64,000 bases of DNA from Cellvibrionales bacterium (lineage in GTDB: Bacteria > Pseudomonadota > Gammaproteobacteria > Pseudomonadales > UBA7434). Shown here piece after piece: positions 28,825 through 38,938 of the stretch; position 1 is the stretch's first letter, and the number at the start of each line of letters is the position of its first letter. The notes below the pieces were generated by a model that was not told where the DNA came from, did not search any database, and saw nothing but the letters and a program-made list of their open reading frames with translations. Location: NCBI GenBank assembly GCA_041941365.1, contig JBGTQK010000004.1:132598-196597 (forward strand), written 5' to 3'. Made by a program: the position numbers and the translations under genes.

Positions 28825-29244
28825 TTATATAACAACAACATCTTCGGCTTCAGGGCCTTTTTTTCCTTCTACTATTGTAAATTCAACTTGCTTGCCTGGT
28901 GATAAACGTTTGCTTCCCTTTTGAACCGATCGAAAGTGTACAAACAGTTCCTGTCCGTTGTCGCAGGTGATAAAACCAAAACCTTTATTCCCGTTAAACC
29001 ATTTTACCTGGCCTTGTTGGCGGCCTGATGTGTTCTTGGGTTGTGTGGGTAGTGACTCGAGCACATTCAGGTTAAAGCCATCACTGGTGAGTAGTACGCA
29101 AATAAGTGACACTAGAGTGAAAATGATTGCAGAGAGAGTATTAAACTCAAAACCCAGTGCTTCTGTTTTTACCCATGAATAGTAAAGTGCTGAAGCTGGT
29201 ACTGAGACTGCACAACAAATTAATACACGGTATACAATACCCAT
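28825..29244 (-). CDS. Membrane-anchored cold-shock-domain protein (2 predicted TM helices + CSD)
   Basis: The C-terminal 65 aa, GQVKWFNGNKGFGFITCDNGQELFVHFRSV..., carry the RNP1/RNP2 motifs. The N-terminal 70 aa are hydrophobic (VLICCAVSVPASALYYSWV; LSAIIFTLVSLICVLLT). Confidence 0.75.
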   Translation of the reverse strand: MGIVYRVLICCAVSVPASALYYSWVKTEALGFEFNTLSAIIFTLVSLICVLLTSDGFNLNVLESLPTQPKNTSGRQQGQVKWFNGNKGFGFITCDNGQELFVHFRSVQKGSKRLSPGKQVEFTIVEGKKGPEAEDVVVI

Positions 29245-29441
29245 ATTGATATATCTCTTTGTATATTTGATGAAGAGGGTGAAAAATAACTCGAGTAATT
29301 TCTCTTGAGATAATAGTACTGCCCAGAAATTGGTGCATACAACTCACTAAGATTATGTGTGTTGTTCTTTCTATTTCTAAATAGATTGCATCTGTGTTTA
29401 ACTATACTCAAGCTCGAGTGGTTTCTAAAATGACTAGTATT

Positions 29442-29666
29442 CTATTCTTCTGACGCTTCTTCTTCACTCGATTCAGATGTTTCCTCTTCAGCGGGTTCTT
29501 CTGCGGGTTGCTCAGCTGGTTCAGAAAGTTTAATGAGCTCTTCTGAAAGAAGAATTTTTACTTTGTCTTCACCATTAACAAATTTTTTATTTGAGCCTTT
29601 TACTGCATAACGCTCATTGCGTTTTTGGTAAATGGTGTACTCGGCAGTTTGTTTAACAACTTTCAT
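29442..29666 (-). CDS. Small hypothetical protein with highly acidic Pro/Glu-rich tail
   Basis: 74-aa ORF with a strong AGGAGAAAGG RBS. Its C-terminus is PAEQPAEEPAEEETSESSEEEASEE. No family was recognised. Confidence 0.5.
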   Translation of the reverse strand: MKVVKQTAEYTIYQKRNERYAVKGSNKKFVNGEDKVKILLSEELIKLSEPAEQPAEEPAEEETSESSEEEASEE

Positions 29667-29728
29667 TTAGCCTTTCTCCTGTTGTGAATGTATAAAAGCT
29701 TGATTGATAAAATGGTTTTGAATAAAAA

Positions 29729-30544
29729 TTAAGAAATATCGACTTCGCCAAGGTGTTGGTTAACAATCTGAAGAAGAATCTTAAACATTTTTGGGTTACC
29801 ACATACAATGTTACCCGTTTCAAGGCAGGTTTCGCCACCTTTAAAGTCGGAAACCAGTCCGCCGGCTTCGGTAACCAATAACATTCCAGCTGCGATGTCC
29901 CACTGTCTGAGGCCGAATTCCCAAAAGGCATCCAGTCTTCCTGCAGCTACATAAGCAAGGTCCAGTGCGGCTGAGCCAGCTCGGCGTATTCCTGAGCCTT
30001 CGTTGGCGAAGTGTTCAACACAGCGCATATAACCTGGCATAAACGGTTGTTGACTATGACGATAGGGAATACCTGTACCAATAAGGCCGCCACTAAATAA
30101 CGCTTGTTGGCTGACTCGTATTCGTTTGCCATTAAGGGTTGCTCCTTGTCCTCTGCTAGCAACAAACTCTTCCTGTTTAACCGGGTCATATACTACAGCA
30201 TGTTCAGGTTTCCCATTTTTTAAACAGCAAATTGAAACTGCGTAGTGTGGAATACCCCGAATGAAGTTTGTTGTTCCGTCTAAAGGGTCAATGCTCCAGA
30301 TCACATCAGATGGACCATTCGAGCTTTCCAGTAAGCCACTCTCTTCACCCATAATAGAGTCGTTAGGGTAGGCTTTTCTAAGATGGTAAATGATTTCTTC
30401 TTCAGATGATTTATCGATATTGGTGACAAAGTCGTTTTTCTCTTTTTCTTCGACTTTGATCAGGTCCATTCTTTCACTGCCACGCAGAATAATATCGCCT
30501 GCTTTTCTTGCTGCTCTTAATGCGATATTAATGGTGGGTTCCAC
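29729..30544 (-). CDS. suhB: Inositol monophosphatase family protein SuhB
   Basis: IMPase motifs WSIDPLDGTTNF and AGSAALDLAYVAAGRLDAFWE. I prefer the GTG at 30544 (GGAG RBS 5 nt upstream, MEPTINIALRAARKAG...) over the longer ORF reaching 30598. Divergent from trmJ-isc, as in E. coli. Confidence 0.88.
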   Translation of the reverse strand: MEPTINIALRAARKAGDIILRGSERMDLIKVEEKEKNDFVTNIDKSSEEEIIYHLRKAYPNDSIMGEESGLLESSNGPSDVIWSIDPLDGTTNFIRGIPHYAVSICCLKNGKPEHAVVYDPVKQEEFVASRGQGATLNGKRIRVSQQALFSGGLIGTGIPYRHSQQPFMPGYMRCVEHFANEGSGIRRAGSAALDLAYVAAGRLDAFWEFGLRQWDIAAGMLLVTEAGGLVSDFKGGETCLETGNIVCGNPKMFKILLQIVNQHLGEVDIS

Positions 30545-30705
30545 ATTAACTCCAGTAAAATAAATGAGTGAACTAAGATGACCAGTATAACAGAGCAAGC
30601 GTTATACCCCTTATGGTATTACTGTAATTATCAGCGTTTTGACTTTAAAACTTTTGCTAGTGAATGCAAAATGCTTAGTCGAATTTTTTTATAGCGATTT
30701 TTCTT

Positions 30706-31449
30706 ATGGCAGATTCTGTGGATATCCGTATTGTACTTGTAAATCCTTCACATCCTGGCAACGTTGGTGCTGCAGCCCGTGCGATGAAAAATATGGGCTT
30801 ATCGCAGTTGGTTTTGGTTGACCCTCAAGAATTTCCAGACCCTAGGGCTATATGGCGCGCGGCAGGTGCAAAAGATCTGGTCGAAGCGGCACAAGTAGTT
30901 TCAAGTGTAGAAGAGGCAATAGCTGATTGCCATTTGGTGATTGGTACATCTGCTAGGGAGAGGCGTATTCCATGGCCTTTAGTCAACCCACGCCAATGTG
31001 TTGAAAAAATTTATGCAGAACCTGTTCATTCAAAGGTGGCTATATTGTTTGGTCGAGAAGATAGCGGTCTAACCAATGATGAATTACAGATGTGTCACTT
31101 GCATGTAAACGTTCCTACATCCAGTGCATACCGTTCGTTGAATCTGGCGATGGCAGTGCAAATATTGTGTTATGAAATTCGGATGAAAGCATTGGAAGTA
31201 GAAAAAAATACAGAAGCTTTATGTCTTGATGAGCAGTGGGATGAGCCTATAGCTAGTGTTCAAGATACAGAGCGTTTTTTTGAACACCTTTTTGCCGCGT
31301 TAGCTGATTTGGAGTTTTATGATCCTGAACAACCCAGGCAGCTGTTAGTGCGTTTAAGGCGATTGTTTAGCCGTATTCGGATGGATCAAATGGAAGTTAA
31401 TATACTTCGTGGTATTTTAACTGAGATGCAGAAAAAACTGAAAAAATAA
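30706..31449 (+). CDS. trmJ: tRNA (cytidine/uridine-2'-O)-methyltransferase TrmJ
   Basis: SPOUT N-terminus IRIVLVNPSHPGNVGAAARAMKNMGL and the later SLNLAMAVQILCYE. Synteny upstream of iscR. Confidence 0.88.
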   Translation: MADSVDIRIVLVNPSHPGNVGAAARAMKNMGLSQLVLVDPQEFPDPRAIWRAAGAKDLVEAAQVVSSVEEAIADCHLVIGTSARERRIPWPLVNPRQCVEKIYAEPVHSKVAILFGREDSGLTNDELQMCHLHVNVPTSSAYRSLNLAMAVQILCYEIRMKALEVEKNTEALCLDEQWDEPIASVQDTERFFEHLFAALADLEFYDPEQPRQLLVRLRRLFSRIRMDQMEVNILRGILTEMQKKLKK

Positions 31450-31515
31450 TAAGTATATGATTCTAAAGAGAAAATGCCTTTTTTTGTAAAAAATACCCAA
31501 GTGTTTTAATAAGGT

Positions 31516-31550
31516 ATATACTTGACTAAATTACTAGGTTTTTAGATAAT
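31516..31550 (+). promoter_or_regulatory. isc operon sigma-70 promoter (TTGACT-N17-GATAAT) overlapped by an IscR type-1-like box
   Basis: ATATACTTGACTAAATTACTAGGTT matches the left half of the type-1 consensus ATASYYGACTRWWWYAGTCRRSTAT perfectly; the right half matches partially. The -35 is at 31522-31527 and the -10 at 31545-31550. Confidence 0.5.
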
Positions 31551-31633
31551 TCACCTGAATTAATGCTAGTTGGTGGTAGTGATCAATTAACTGGTAGTTT
31601 GACTAATTTTACAAGTGAAGCAGAGAGCGGCTT

Positions 31634-32095
31634 ATGCGAATGACAACCAAAGGGCGTTACGCTGTAACAGCAATGCTGGATTTGGCATTGAATGCTGCAG
31701 ATGGCCCAGTGAGTCTAGCTTCAATATCACGTCGCCAGGAGATTTCTCTAGCATATTTAGAGCAGCTATTTGTCAAGTTGCGTCGTAGCGAGCTTGTTAG
31801 TAGTTCGCGCGGCCCTGGAGGTGGTTACAGCCTGGGCAAAAAAGCGAATACTATTTCAATTGCCAATATCATTAATGCTGTAGATGAAGGTGCTGATGCG
31901 ACAAATTGCTCTGGTAAGTCGAATTGTCATGAAGGCAATACTTGTTTAACTCACCATCTTTGGGATGATCTAACGCAACAGATTAATGGCTTTCTTGATG
32001 GGATTTCTCTTGCAGACTTAATGTCAAGAAATGATATCCAGTCTGTTTATTCGCGCCAATCCCAGCAAGAGGAACAGATACTATCTGTCAGGTAG
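31634..32095 (+). CDS. iscR: Fe-S cluster assembly transcriptional regulator IscR (Rrf2 family)
   Basis: [19 protein letters not shown]... is an Rrf2 wHTH. Cluster-ligand Cys residues ([13 protein letters not shown]). Confidence 0.92.
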   Translation: MRMTTKGRYAVTAMLDLALNAADGPVSLASISRRQEISLAYLEQLFVKLRRSELVSSSRGPGGGYSLGKKANTISIANIINAVDEGADATNCSGKSNCHEGNTCLTHHLWDDLTQQINGFLDGISLADLMSRNDIQSVYSRQSQQEEQILSVR

Positions 32096-32165
32096 TATCT
32101 GTTTTACAGTAATCTATTTTGATGTTTGAAACGTATTTTTTGTAGTAAAAGACAAAGGTTTATAG

Positions 32166-33380
32166 ATGAAATTGCCCATATATCTTGATTATTCTGCGAC
32201 TACGCCTGTCGATCCACAGGTTGCTGAAAAAATGTCGGCCTGTCTAACGAACGAAGGTAATTTTGGTAATCCAGCTTCACGTTCACATCAGTTTGGCTGG
32301 TTAGCAGAAGAGGCAGTTGAGAATGCGCGTGGTCAATTGGCAGATTTAATTAATGCCGACCCAAGAGAAATTGTTTGGACTTCTGGTGCAACAGAATCTA
32401 ACAATTTAGCGATCAAAGGTGCAGCTCATTTTTATAAGAGTCGTGGTAATCATATAGTCACTTCATCAATTGAGCATAAAGCTGTTCTGGATACCTGTCG
32501 CCAGTTAGAGCGAGAAGGTTATCAAGTCTCTTACGTTGAACCTAACAAAGACGGCATTACAACACCGGAATCCATTGAAGCTGCGCTGCGTGATGATACT
32601 ATTCTTGTTTCTGTGATGCATGCAAACAACGAAATTGGTGTTATCAATGATATAACAGCGATAGGAGAGTTAACTCGCTCTCGTAATATCATTTTTCATG
32701 TAGACGGTGCACAGTCCGTTGGAAAAATACCTGTTGATATGGAAAAGTCAAAAGTAGACTTGCTTTCGATGTCAGCACATAAGATGTACGGTCCAAAAGG
32801 TATAGGCGCATTATTTGTGCGCCGTAAGCCGCGTGTCAGAATTGAATCACAACAGCATGGTGGTGGTCATGAGAGAGGAATGCGTTCAGGAACCTTGCCT
32901 ACACATCAAATTGTAGGGTTTGGAGCAGCTGCAGAAATTGCTGCACAGGGTATGGAACTTGAAAATAAACGCATAGCCGCCTTGCGTGATCGTTTATGGG
33001 ATGGCGTAAAAGATATGGAAGAGGTTTATCTCAATGGACATGCTACGCAGCGCTTGCCAGGCTCATTGAATGTGAGTTTTAATTTTGTCGAGGGTGAATC
33101 TTTGATTATGGCGCTAAAAGATCTCGCTATTTCTTCCGGGTCTGCGTGTACTTCAGCAAGTCTTGAGCCATCTTATGTTTTACGCGCTTTAGGGCGCAGT
33201 GATGAGTTAGCACATAGCTCATTACGTTTTACAATTGGCCGTTTTACTACCGAACAAGAAGTAGATTATACGATCGAAAAAGTACGTGCTGCAGTTGATA
33301 AACTAAGAGAGTTATCTCCACTTTGGGATATGTACAAAGATGGCGTTGATCTTGATTCAGTACAATGGGCAGCGCATTAA
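32166..33380 (+). CDS. iscS: Cysteine desulfurase IscS
   Basis: [17 protein letters not shown] at the N-terminus, PLP-Lys motif [10 protein letters not shown], active-site loop [10 protein letters not shown], and C-terminus WAAH. Confidence 0.97.
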   Translation: MKLPIYLDYSATTPVDPQVAEKMSACLTNEGNFGNPASRSHQFGWLAEEAVENARGQLADLINADPREIVWTSGATESNNLAIKGAAHFYKSRGNHIVTSSIEHKAVLDTCRQLEREGYQVSYVEPNKDGITTPESIEAALRDDTILVSVMHANNEIGVINDITAIGELTRSRNIIFHVDGAQSVGKIPVDMEKSKVDLLSMSAHKMYGPKGIGALFVRRKPRVRIESQQHGGGHERGMRSGTLPTHQIVGFGAAAEIAAQGMELENKRIAALRDRLWDGVKDMEEVYLNGHATQRLPGSLNVSFNFVEGESLIMALKDLAISSGSACTSASLEPSYVLRALGRSDELAHSSLRFTIGRFTTEQEVDYTIEKVRAAVDKLRELSPLWDMYKDGVDLDSVQWAAH

Positions 33381-33414
33381 CTGTTTACAAACAATTTATT
33401 TGAGAGGGTGAATA

Positions 33415-33795
33415 ATGGCTTACGGTGAAAAAGTGTTGGATCATTATGAAAATCCACGCAATGTTGGCAAGCTGGATGTAAGCGATAAGCATGTTGGTAC
33501 GGGTATGGTAGGCGCTCCAGCTTGCGGTGATGTAATGCGTTTGCAGATTAAAGTTAATGATGATGGTGTAATCGAAGATGCCAAGTTTAAAACGTATGGT
33601 TGTGGTTCAGCAATAGCTTCAAGCTCATTACTAACAGAGTGGGTAAAGGGCAAAACCCTGGATCAAGCACAGGCAATTAAGAATACTGAAATAGCTGAAG
33701 AGCTTGCTTTACCGCCAGTTAAGATCCATTGTTCTGTATTGGCAGAAGATGCAATTAAAGCGGCTATAGATGATTTAAAATCAAAATCGGAATAA
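33415..33795 (+). CDS. iscU: Fe-S cluster scaffold IscU
   Basis: [27 protein letters not shown], and [10 protein letters not shown]. Confidence 0.97.
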   Translation: MAYGEKVLDHYENPRNVGKLDVSDKHVGTGMVGAPACGDVMRLQIKVNDDGVIEDAKFKTYGCGSAIASSSLLTEWVKGKTLDQAQAIKNTEIAEELALPPVKIHCSVLAEDAIKAAIDDLKSKSE

Positions 33796-33820
33796 GTTTT
33801 TAGTAAGATTTATTAAAAGT

Positions 33821-34144
33821 ATGGCAATATCATTAAGTGAAACAGCAGCAGAGCACGTTAAAAGTCAACTAGAACAACGTGGTAAAGGACTTGGTATTAG
33901 AGTTGGTGTCAAAACCACGGGATGTTCTGGTATGGCTTATGTTCTGGAATTTGTTGATGAAATAGATGAAAACGACCATGTTTTCCAGGAACATGGCGTT
34001 AGCCTGTATGTTGATCCTAAAAGCCTTGCATATATAGATGGCACAGAAATGGACTTTGTAAAAGAGGGGCTAAATGAAGGCTTTGAGTTTAAAAACCCTA
34101 ACGCTGCGGGTGAATGTGGCTGCGGTGAAAGTTTTACCGTTTAA
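33821..34144 (+). CDS. iscA: Fe-S cluster insertion/A-type carrier IscA
   Basis: GCSGMAY motif and C-terminal CGCGESF motif. Confidence 0.95.
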   Translation: MAISLSETAAEHVKSQLEQRGKGLGIRVGVKTTGCSGMAYVLEFVDEIDENDHVFQEHGVSLYVDPKSLAYIDGTEMDFVKEGLNEGFEFKNPNAAGECGCGESFTV

Positions 34145-34174
34145 TCTTTTCTCTTGTAAAAAAACTTTATTATT

Positions 34175-34747
34175 TTGAACCTGGAACAAAATTTTTTTAA
34201 TCTTTTTGGGCTGCCTATAGAGTATCAGGTCGATCAGGTTGCATTAAAAAAACGAGTGCGTGCATTACAGCGCGACTATCACCCGGATCGGTTGTTGACT
34301 AAAAATTCTGAGCAACAACGATTGGCAGTACAGATGTCAGCACATATTAACCATGCAACTAATGTTTTACATGATCCAGTGTTGAGAGCTCAACATATGT
34401 TAGAGCTGCTAAATATCGATTTATCTATGGATAATCGTACTGTAAAAGATAATGCTTTTTTGATTCAACAGATGCAATTGCGGGAAAATTTAGAAGAGGC
34501 TGTTGCAGAAAAAAATAAAGTGGTTCTTGAAGCACTTGAAAAAAAAGTAAATGATGCTTATCAGAAAGCACAGAAAAAATTTTCGGAAACATATTCCTTG
34601 CTCGTAGAAAATAATAATAACGACCAGGTAACCAGTTTAGTTAATCTGATTGATGAATTACATTTTTATTCGAAATTACATCAGGAAATCTCAAGGGAAA
34701 TAGACCATTTTTCATTAACTGGAATTTCTCAAACTTCAGGTATTTAA
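34175..34747 (+). CDS. hscB: Co-chaperone HscB (J-domain)
   Basis: J-domain with the HPD tripeptide (LQRDYHPDRL). TTG start. Positioned between iscA and hscA. Confidence 0.9.
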   Translation: MNLEQNFFNLFGLPIEYQVDQVALKKRVRALQRDYHPDRLLTKNSEQQRLAVQMSAHINHATNVLHDPVLRAQHMLELLNIDLSMDNRTVKDNAFLIQQMQLRENLEEAVAEKNKVVLEALEKKVNDAYQKAQKKFSETYSLLVENNNNDQVTSLVNLIDELHFYSKLHQEISREIDHFSLTGISQTSGI

Positions 34748-34757
34748 GAGAGCTATT

Positions 34758-36629
34758 TTGGCGTTATTACAAATATCAGAGCCAGGTCAATCACCTTCTC
34801 CACATCAGTTCAAGCGTTCGGCAGGCATTGATTTAGGTACAACTAATTCATTGATTGCCTCAGTGAATAAAGGAATGCCGGCGACAATTATTCCTGATGA
34901 AAAAGGGAATGATATCTTGCCATCCGTAGTTCATTATTCTAACAATGAAGTTCTTGTTGGAAAAAGTGCAGAAAATTTGGCAGTTGTTGATCCTCAAAAC
35001 ACATTAACCTCTTTTAAAAGGTGGATGGGAAGGTCAACATCTGATATTGATCAAGGTTTTGGTTATCACTTCTCTGATAAAGCTACAGAAACATTGGCCA
35101 AAGTGAAAACTTGTGCAGGTGAAATTACTGCTGTTCAAGCTTCTTCAGAAATTCTTAAAAAGTTAGCCAGCCGGGCAGAATCAAAATTGGGTGGTAAATT
35201 AGAAGGCGTAGTGATTACTGTACCTGCCTACTTTGATGACTCTCAACGACAAGCTACCAAAGATGCTGCTCAACTGGCTGGTTTAAACGTTTTGAGATTA
35301 TTGAACGAGCCAACAGCAGCAGCAATAGCTTATGGGTTAGATAAAGCTGATGATCGTTATATTGCAGTATATGATTTAGGTGGAGGAACTTTTGACGTTT
35401 CAATTCTGCAATTAAGTGAGGGTGTATTTGAAGTTATTGCTACAGGTGGAAATACAGAGTTAGGTGGGGATGATTTTGATCAGGTGATTATTGACTGGTT
35501 ATTAGAAGAGGCCAAGCTGGATTTTAAACAGTTATCGGACTCCAGTAAAAGAGAGTTAAAATTACTGGCTCGAAATGTTAAGCATATTCTTAGTGAAAAT
35601 GAAAAAACTCAAATAGATTTTCAAGTTAATAAGATGGATTTCTCTCTTGCGATTAACCGGTCTACCTTTGAGGAGAAAGCATTACCTTTAGTAGAGAAAA
35701 CATTATTAACCTGTCGGGAAATATTAAAAGATGCAGGTTTACAAGCAATAGAAATTTCAGATGTTGTGTTAGTTGGTGGAACGACCCGTATACCATTGGT
35801 AAGAAAGTCTGTTGAGGCACTATATAATACAGAACTAAAGTCAGATGTTGATCCAGATAAAGTTGTAGCTATAGGAGCTGCAATACAAGCAGATATTCTT
35901 GTAGGCAATCAACAGAAAAATGATTTGCTACTTTTAGATGTTTTACCATTATCATTAGGTATTGAAACGATGGGTGGGTTAATAGAAAAAATCATTCCGC
36001 GTAATTCGTCAATTCCTATTGTTAAGGCACAGGAATTTACCACCTACAAGGATGGTCAGACAGCAATGGTAATTCATGTATTGCAAGGTGAACGAGAGCA
36101 TGTGAATGATTGTCGCTCATTAGCGCGTTTTGAATTACGCGATATTCCACCAATGGTAGCTGGAGCGGCTAGAATACAGGTTACGTTTAACGTTGATGCT
36201 GATGGCTTGTTAAACGTAGAGGCCAAAGAGCAAATAACTGGTGCAAAAGCAGCGATAGATGTTAAACCTACATATGGTCTGAGTGATGATGAAATAACTG
36301 ATATGATAAAAGCATCTTATCAGAATGCTGAGAGTGATAGAGATAAGCGTATGCTAATTGAAAAGCAGATTGAGGCGAAAGGGTTAATTGAATCAATTGA
36401 AGCAGCGTTAGCAAAGGATGCGGATTTACTTGATCAATCAGAACAAGAAGTATTGTTAGAAAAAATTACACATTTAAGTCGTTTTGCTGAAGGTAATGAT
36501 TTAGAAAAGATACGAGCTGCTATAACTGATGTATCAAAGGTAACGGCCAGATTTGCACAGTTGAGAATGGATAAAAGTATAAAAGAGGCTTTGGCAGGGA
36601 AAAATATGAACGAAGTAATTGATGAGTAA
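34758..36629 (+). CDS. hscA: Fe-S protein assembly Hsp70-type chaperone HscA
   Basis: [24 protein letters not shown], and [13 protein letters not shown] start. Confidence 0.96.
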   Translation: MALLQISEPGQSPSPHQFKRSAGIDLGTTNSLIASVNKGMPATIIPDEKGNDILPSVVHYSNNEVLVGKSAENLAVVDPQNTLTSFKRWMGRSTSDIDQGFGYHFSDKATETLAKVKTCAGEITAVQASSEILKKLASRAESKLGGKLEGVVITVPAYFDDSQRQATKDAAQLAGLNVLRLLNEPTAAAIAYGLDKADDRYIAVYDLGGGTFDVSILQLSEGVFEVIATGGNTELGGDDFDQVIIDWLLEEAKLDFKQLSDSSKRELKLLARNVKHILSENEKTQIDFQVNKMDFSLAINRSTFEEKALPLVEKTLLTCREILKDAGLQAIEISDVVLVGGTTRIPLVRKSVEALYNTELKSDVDPDKVVAIGAAIQADILVGNQQKNDLLLLDVLPLSLGIETMGGLIEKIIPRNSSIPIVKAQEFTTYKDGQTAMVIHVLQGEREHVNDCRSLARFELRDIPPMVAGAARIQVTFNVDADGLLNVEAKEQITGAKAAIDVKPTYGLSDDEITDMIKASYQNAESDRDKRMLIEKQIEAKGLIESIEAALAKDADLLDQSEQEVLLEKITHLSRFAEGNDLEKIRAAITDVSKVTARFAQLRMDKSIKEALAGKNMNEVIDE

Positions 36630-36650
36630 AAATTTTTTGAGATAAAGCTT

Positions 36651-36983
36651 ATGCCGCAGATTGTCGTATTACCACATCTTGAGCTAGCCCCTGAAGGTGC
36701 AGTGTTAGAAGCAAAAAAAGGTGTCAGCATATGTGATACTTTGTTACAACATGATATCGATATAGAGCATGCCTGTGAGAAATCTTGTGCATGTACAACA
36801 TGCCATGTTATTGTGAGAGAAGGCTTTGATTCATTAGAAGACGCAGATGAGCTGGAAGAGGATTATTTAGATAAGGCCTGGGGAGTAGAGCCAGAAAGCC
36901 GATTAAGTTGTCAGGCGATCGTCAATGAAACAGATTTGGTTGTTGAAATTCCAAAATATACGATCAACCATGCTCGTGAATAA
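36651..36983 (+). CDS. fdx: ISC-type [2Fe-2S] ferredoxin Fdx
   Basis: The motif CEKSCACTTCHV plus a downstream SCQ are adrenodoxin-type cluster ligands. Follows hscA. Confidence 0.95.
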   Translation: MPQIVVLPHLELAPEGAVLEAKKGVSICDTLLQHDIDIEHACEKSCACTTCHVIVREGFDSLEDADELEEDYLDKAWGVEPESRLSCQAIVNETDLVVEIPKYTINHARE

Positions 36984-37012
36984 ACTGTGTTAATCTGGAG
37001 TTAATAATAGCG

Positions 37013-37207
37013 ATGAAATGGACAGATATTAACGATATTGCCATAGAATTATCATCAATACATCCTGATATTGATCCAAGGTATATAAATTTTGTGGACC
37101 TACGCGATAAAGTTATGTCACTATCCGAATTTGATGATAATCCAGACCGTTGTGGCGAAAAAATTCTAGAAGCAATACAAATGGCCTGGATTGAAGAAGC
37201 TGAATAG
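37013..37207 (+). CDS. iscX: Fe-S assembly protein IscX
   Basis: 64 aa, MKWTDINDIAIELSSIHPDIDPRYINFVDLRDKV..., the typical IscX/YfhJ sequence and position. Confidence 0.9.
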   Translation: MKWTDINDIAIELSSIHPDIDPRYINFVDLRDKVMSLSEFDDNPDRCGEKILEAIQMAWIEEAE

Positions 37208-37331
37208 GCTTGCTGCGATTGATCAATTTATATAATATGAATAGTAGAGCTATAGAATAAACAGGTAGATTTGAGGTGTAAAATGATAGGCCTTTTGTCT
37301 TTAAGGGTTAATTAAAGAATAATAACTATTT

Positions 37332-37817
37332 GTGATGTATCTCTTTAACACCAAACCATTTCAAAAAATGATTATGCTTATATTAAGTATTTTCATAATT
37401 GGATGTCCCTCAGAATCACATATAAAACCATTCATTGCTGAAGGATGCGCTATTTTTCAGAATACAAATTTTAAAGCTATTGCTGTTAACGACACTGATG
37501 ATACTGGAAACTGGTGTCGATGTTGTTTGGAGTTTGATATTGCCTATTGGCGTGGTGGAAGCCAAGTTCAGCAAGAAACAGCAAAACAGCGTCTTCGTGA
37601 TTGTGTTTATCAAAAAACCAGAAATAAACCTTTTGCTGATCAGCTTTATTCTGAAGCAGAAAAAAATGGAGGTAACTATTTTAGTCAGTGGCCAGATTGG
37701 GGGTACGGATGGACAGAAACAAAAGGATTCAGCGTGCTTAATCAAAGACAGTTAGATATAGCTAACGAATTATTATTGTCTTATTTTAGAAATAACCCAT
37801 CTTTTTGTTCTATCTAG
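37332..37817 (+). CDS. Hypothetical lipoprotein (Cys-rich; CCxxFDxxYWxGG motif)
   Basis: Lipobox-like LSIFIIGC. GTG start from the ORF track. No family was assigned with certainty. Confidence 0.5.
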   Translation: MMYLFNTKPFQKMIMLILSIFIIGCPSESHIKPFIAEGCAIFQNTNFKAIAVNDTDDTGNWCRCCLEFDIAYWRGGSQVQQETAKQRLRDCVYQKTRNKPFADQLYSEAEKNGGNYFSQWPDWGYGWTETKGFSVLNQRQLDIANELLLSYFRNNPSFCSI

Positions 37818-37822
37818 TCCCT

Positions 37823-38722
37823 TCAAATTTTAATCCCTTCGATTTCTTGTTTAAACAGAGAGATTAATCGCTCAATATTATTTAATGCTGGATAGTTTGG
37901 GCGTACAATAAATGCGAGACTTCTATGAGGACCTTTTTCCTTAAGCTTTATTGCACAAAGATCAGGTCTATTAGCGACTAATTGAGGGAGTGCGATTTCG
38001 GGTACCAATGTTGTTCCAATTTTTCCTGCCACGAGTTCAACCAGAGTGGTTAGGCTGGTTGCGCTAAAGCTATGAGTCGTGTTCTGGGCAATCTTACATG
38101 CAGAAAGAGCATGATCTTTAAGGCAGTGTCCGTCTTTCAGTAGCATTAATTTACTTTGCTGAAGGTTATCATTATTTATATTTTCCTGCTCTTTTGGCTC
38201 ATCATCTTTATGGCAAATGAGAAACAACTCTTCTTCACAAAAAGTAAAGGTTAAAAGACCGTCACAAGGATATGGTAGGGCAAGAATTGCGGTATCAATC
38301 GTACCGCGTCTGACCTTATCAACCAGTAAATGGGATTGTTCTTCAGTGAGCTGTAATTGCAGGTTAGGGTATTGTTCATTTAATGCTGGTAAACAGAGAG
38401 GCAAAATATACGGGCCTATCGTCGGTATCATCCCAATAGATAAAGTAGAATTTAAAGGTGATTTATCTCGATCAGCAATTTTTTCAAGATCATGAACGTT
38501 AATCATAATTTCATTGGCTTTCTTCAAAATTTCGCTGCCTAGCGGAGTAACCAGGACTTTTTTATTATCACGTTCAAAAATCTGTACGCCCAATTGTTTT
38601 TCTAATTCAGAGAGGGCAGTACTGAGAGCTGACTGGGAAATAGAACAGAGTTCTGCAGCATTTTTCAGATGAAGTGTTTTTTCAACGGCCAAGGCATATT
38701 TTAGCTGTTTAATAGAGATCAT
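37823..38722 (-). CDS. oxyR: LysR-family hydrogen peroxide sensor/regulator OxyR
   Basis: N-terminal LysR HTH (IKQLKYALAVEKTLHLKNAAELCSISQSALS). Redox Cys pair in LLKDGHCLKDHALSAC, equivalent to C199/C208. Divergent from ahpC. Confidence 0.9.
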   Translation of the reverse strand: MISIKQLKYALAVEKTLHLKNAAELCSISQSALSTALSELEKQLGVQIFERDNKKVLVTPLGSEILKKANEIMINVHDLEKIADRDKSPLNSTLSIGMIPTIGPYILPLCLPALNEQYPNLQLQLTEEQSHLLVDKVRRGTIDTAILALPYPCDGLLTFTFCEEELFLICHKDDEPKEQENINNDNLQQSKLMLLKDGHCLKDHALSACKIAQNTTHSFSATSLTTLVELVAGKIGTTLVPEIALPQLVANRPDLCAIKLKEKGPHRSLAFIVRPNYPALNNIERLISLFKQEIEGIKI

Positions 38723-38938
38723 TTTTTAAGCGCTCTTTCAAGTTAAAGAGGGATACCTTAACGTTACCAACTAACAATTTGATATTCAATTTTTTAGTAT
38801 ATTAATATCAAAATTCTTCAATTTATTTATATCGTCTATCTGTGTAATCTGTAAATGTGAAATAAAGATTTCCGTTTGTCTTTTGGTCTATCTAAAAGGC
38901 TTTTTTATTAACTTGTATAACTTAATGGAGTTATTTAC

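Noticed and set aside
31594-31618. Second IscR-like box (GTAGTTTGACTAATTTTACAAGTGA) upstream of iscR
   Set aside because: It shares the TTGACTAA half-site, but it lies downstream of the predicted -10 and the second half-site is poor. Kept only as a possibility.
38723-38938. OxyR operator in the oxyR-ahpC divergent region
   Set aside because: One is expected on biological grounds, and two GTCTATCT copies are present. I could not fit the four ATAG-N7-CTAT-type elements at the proper spacing by eye.
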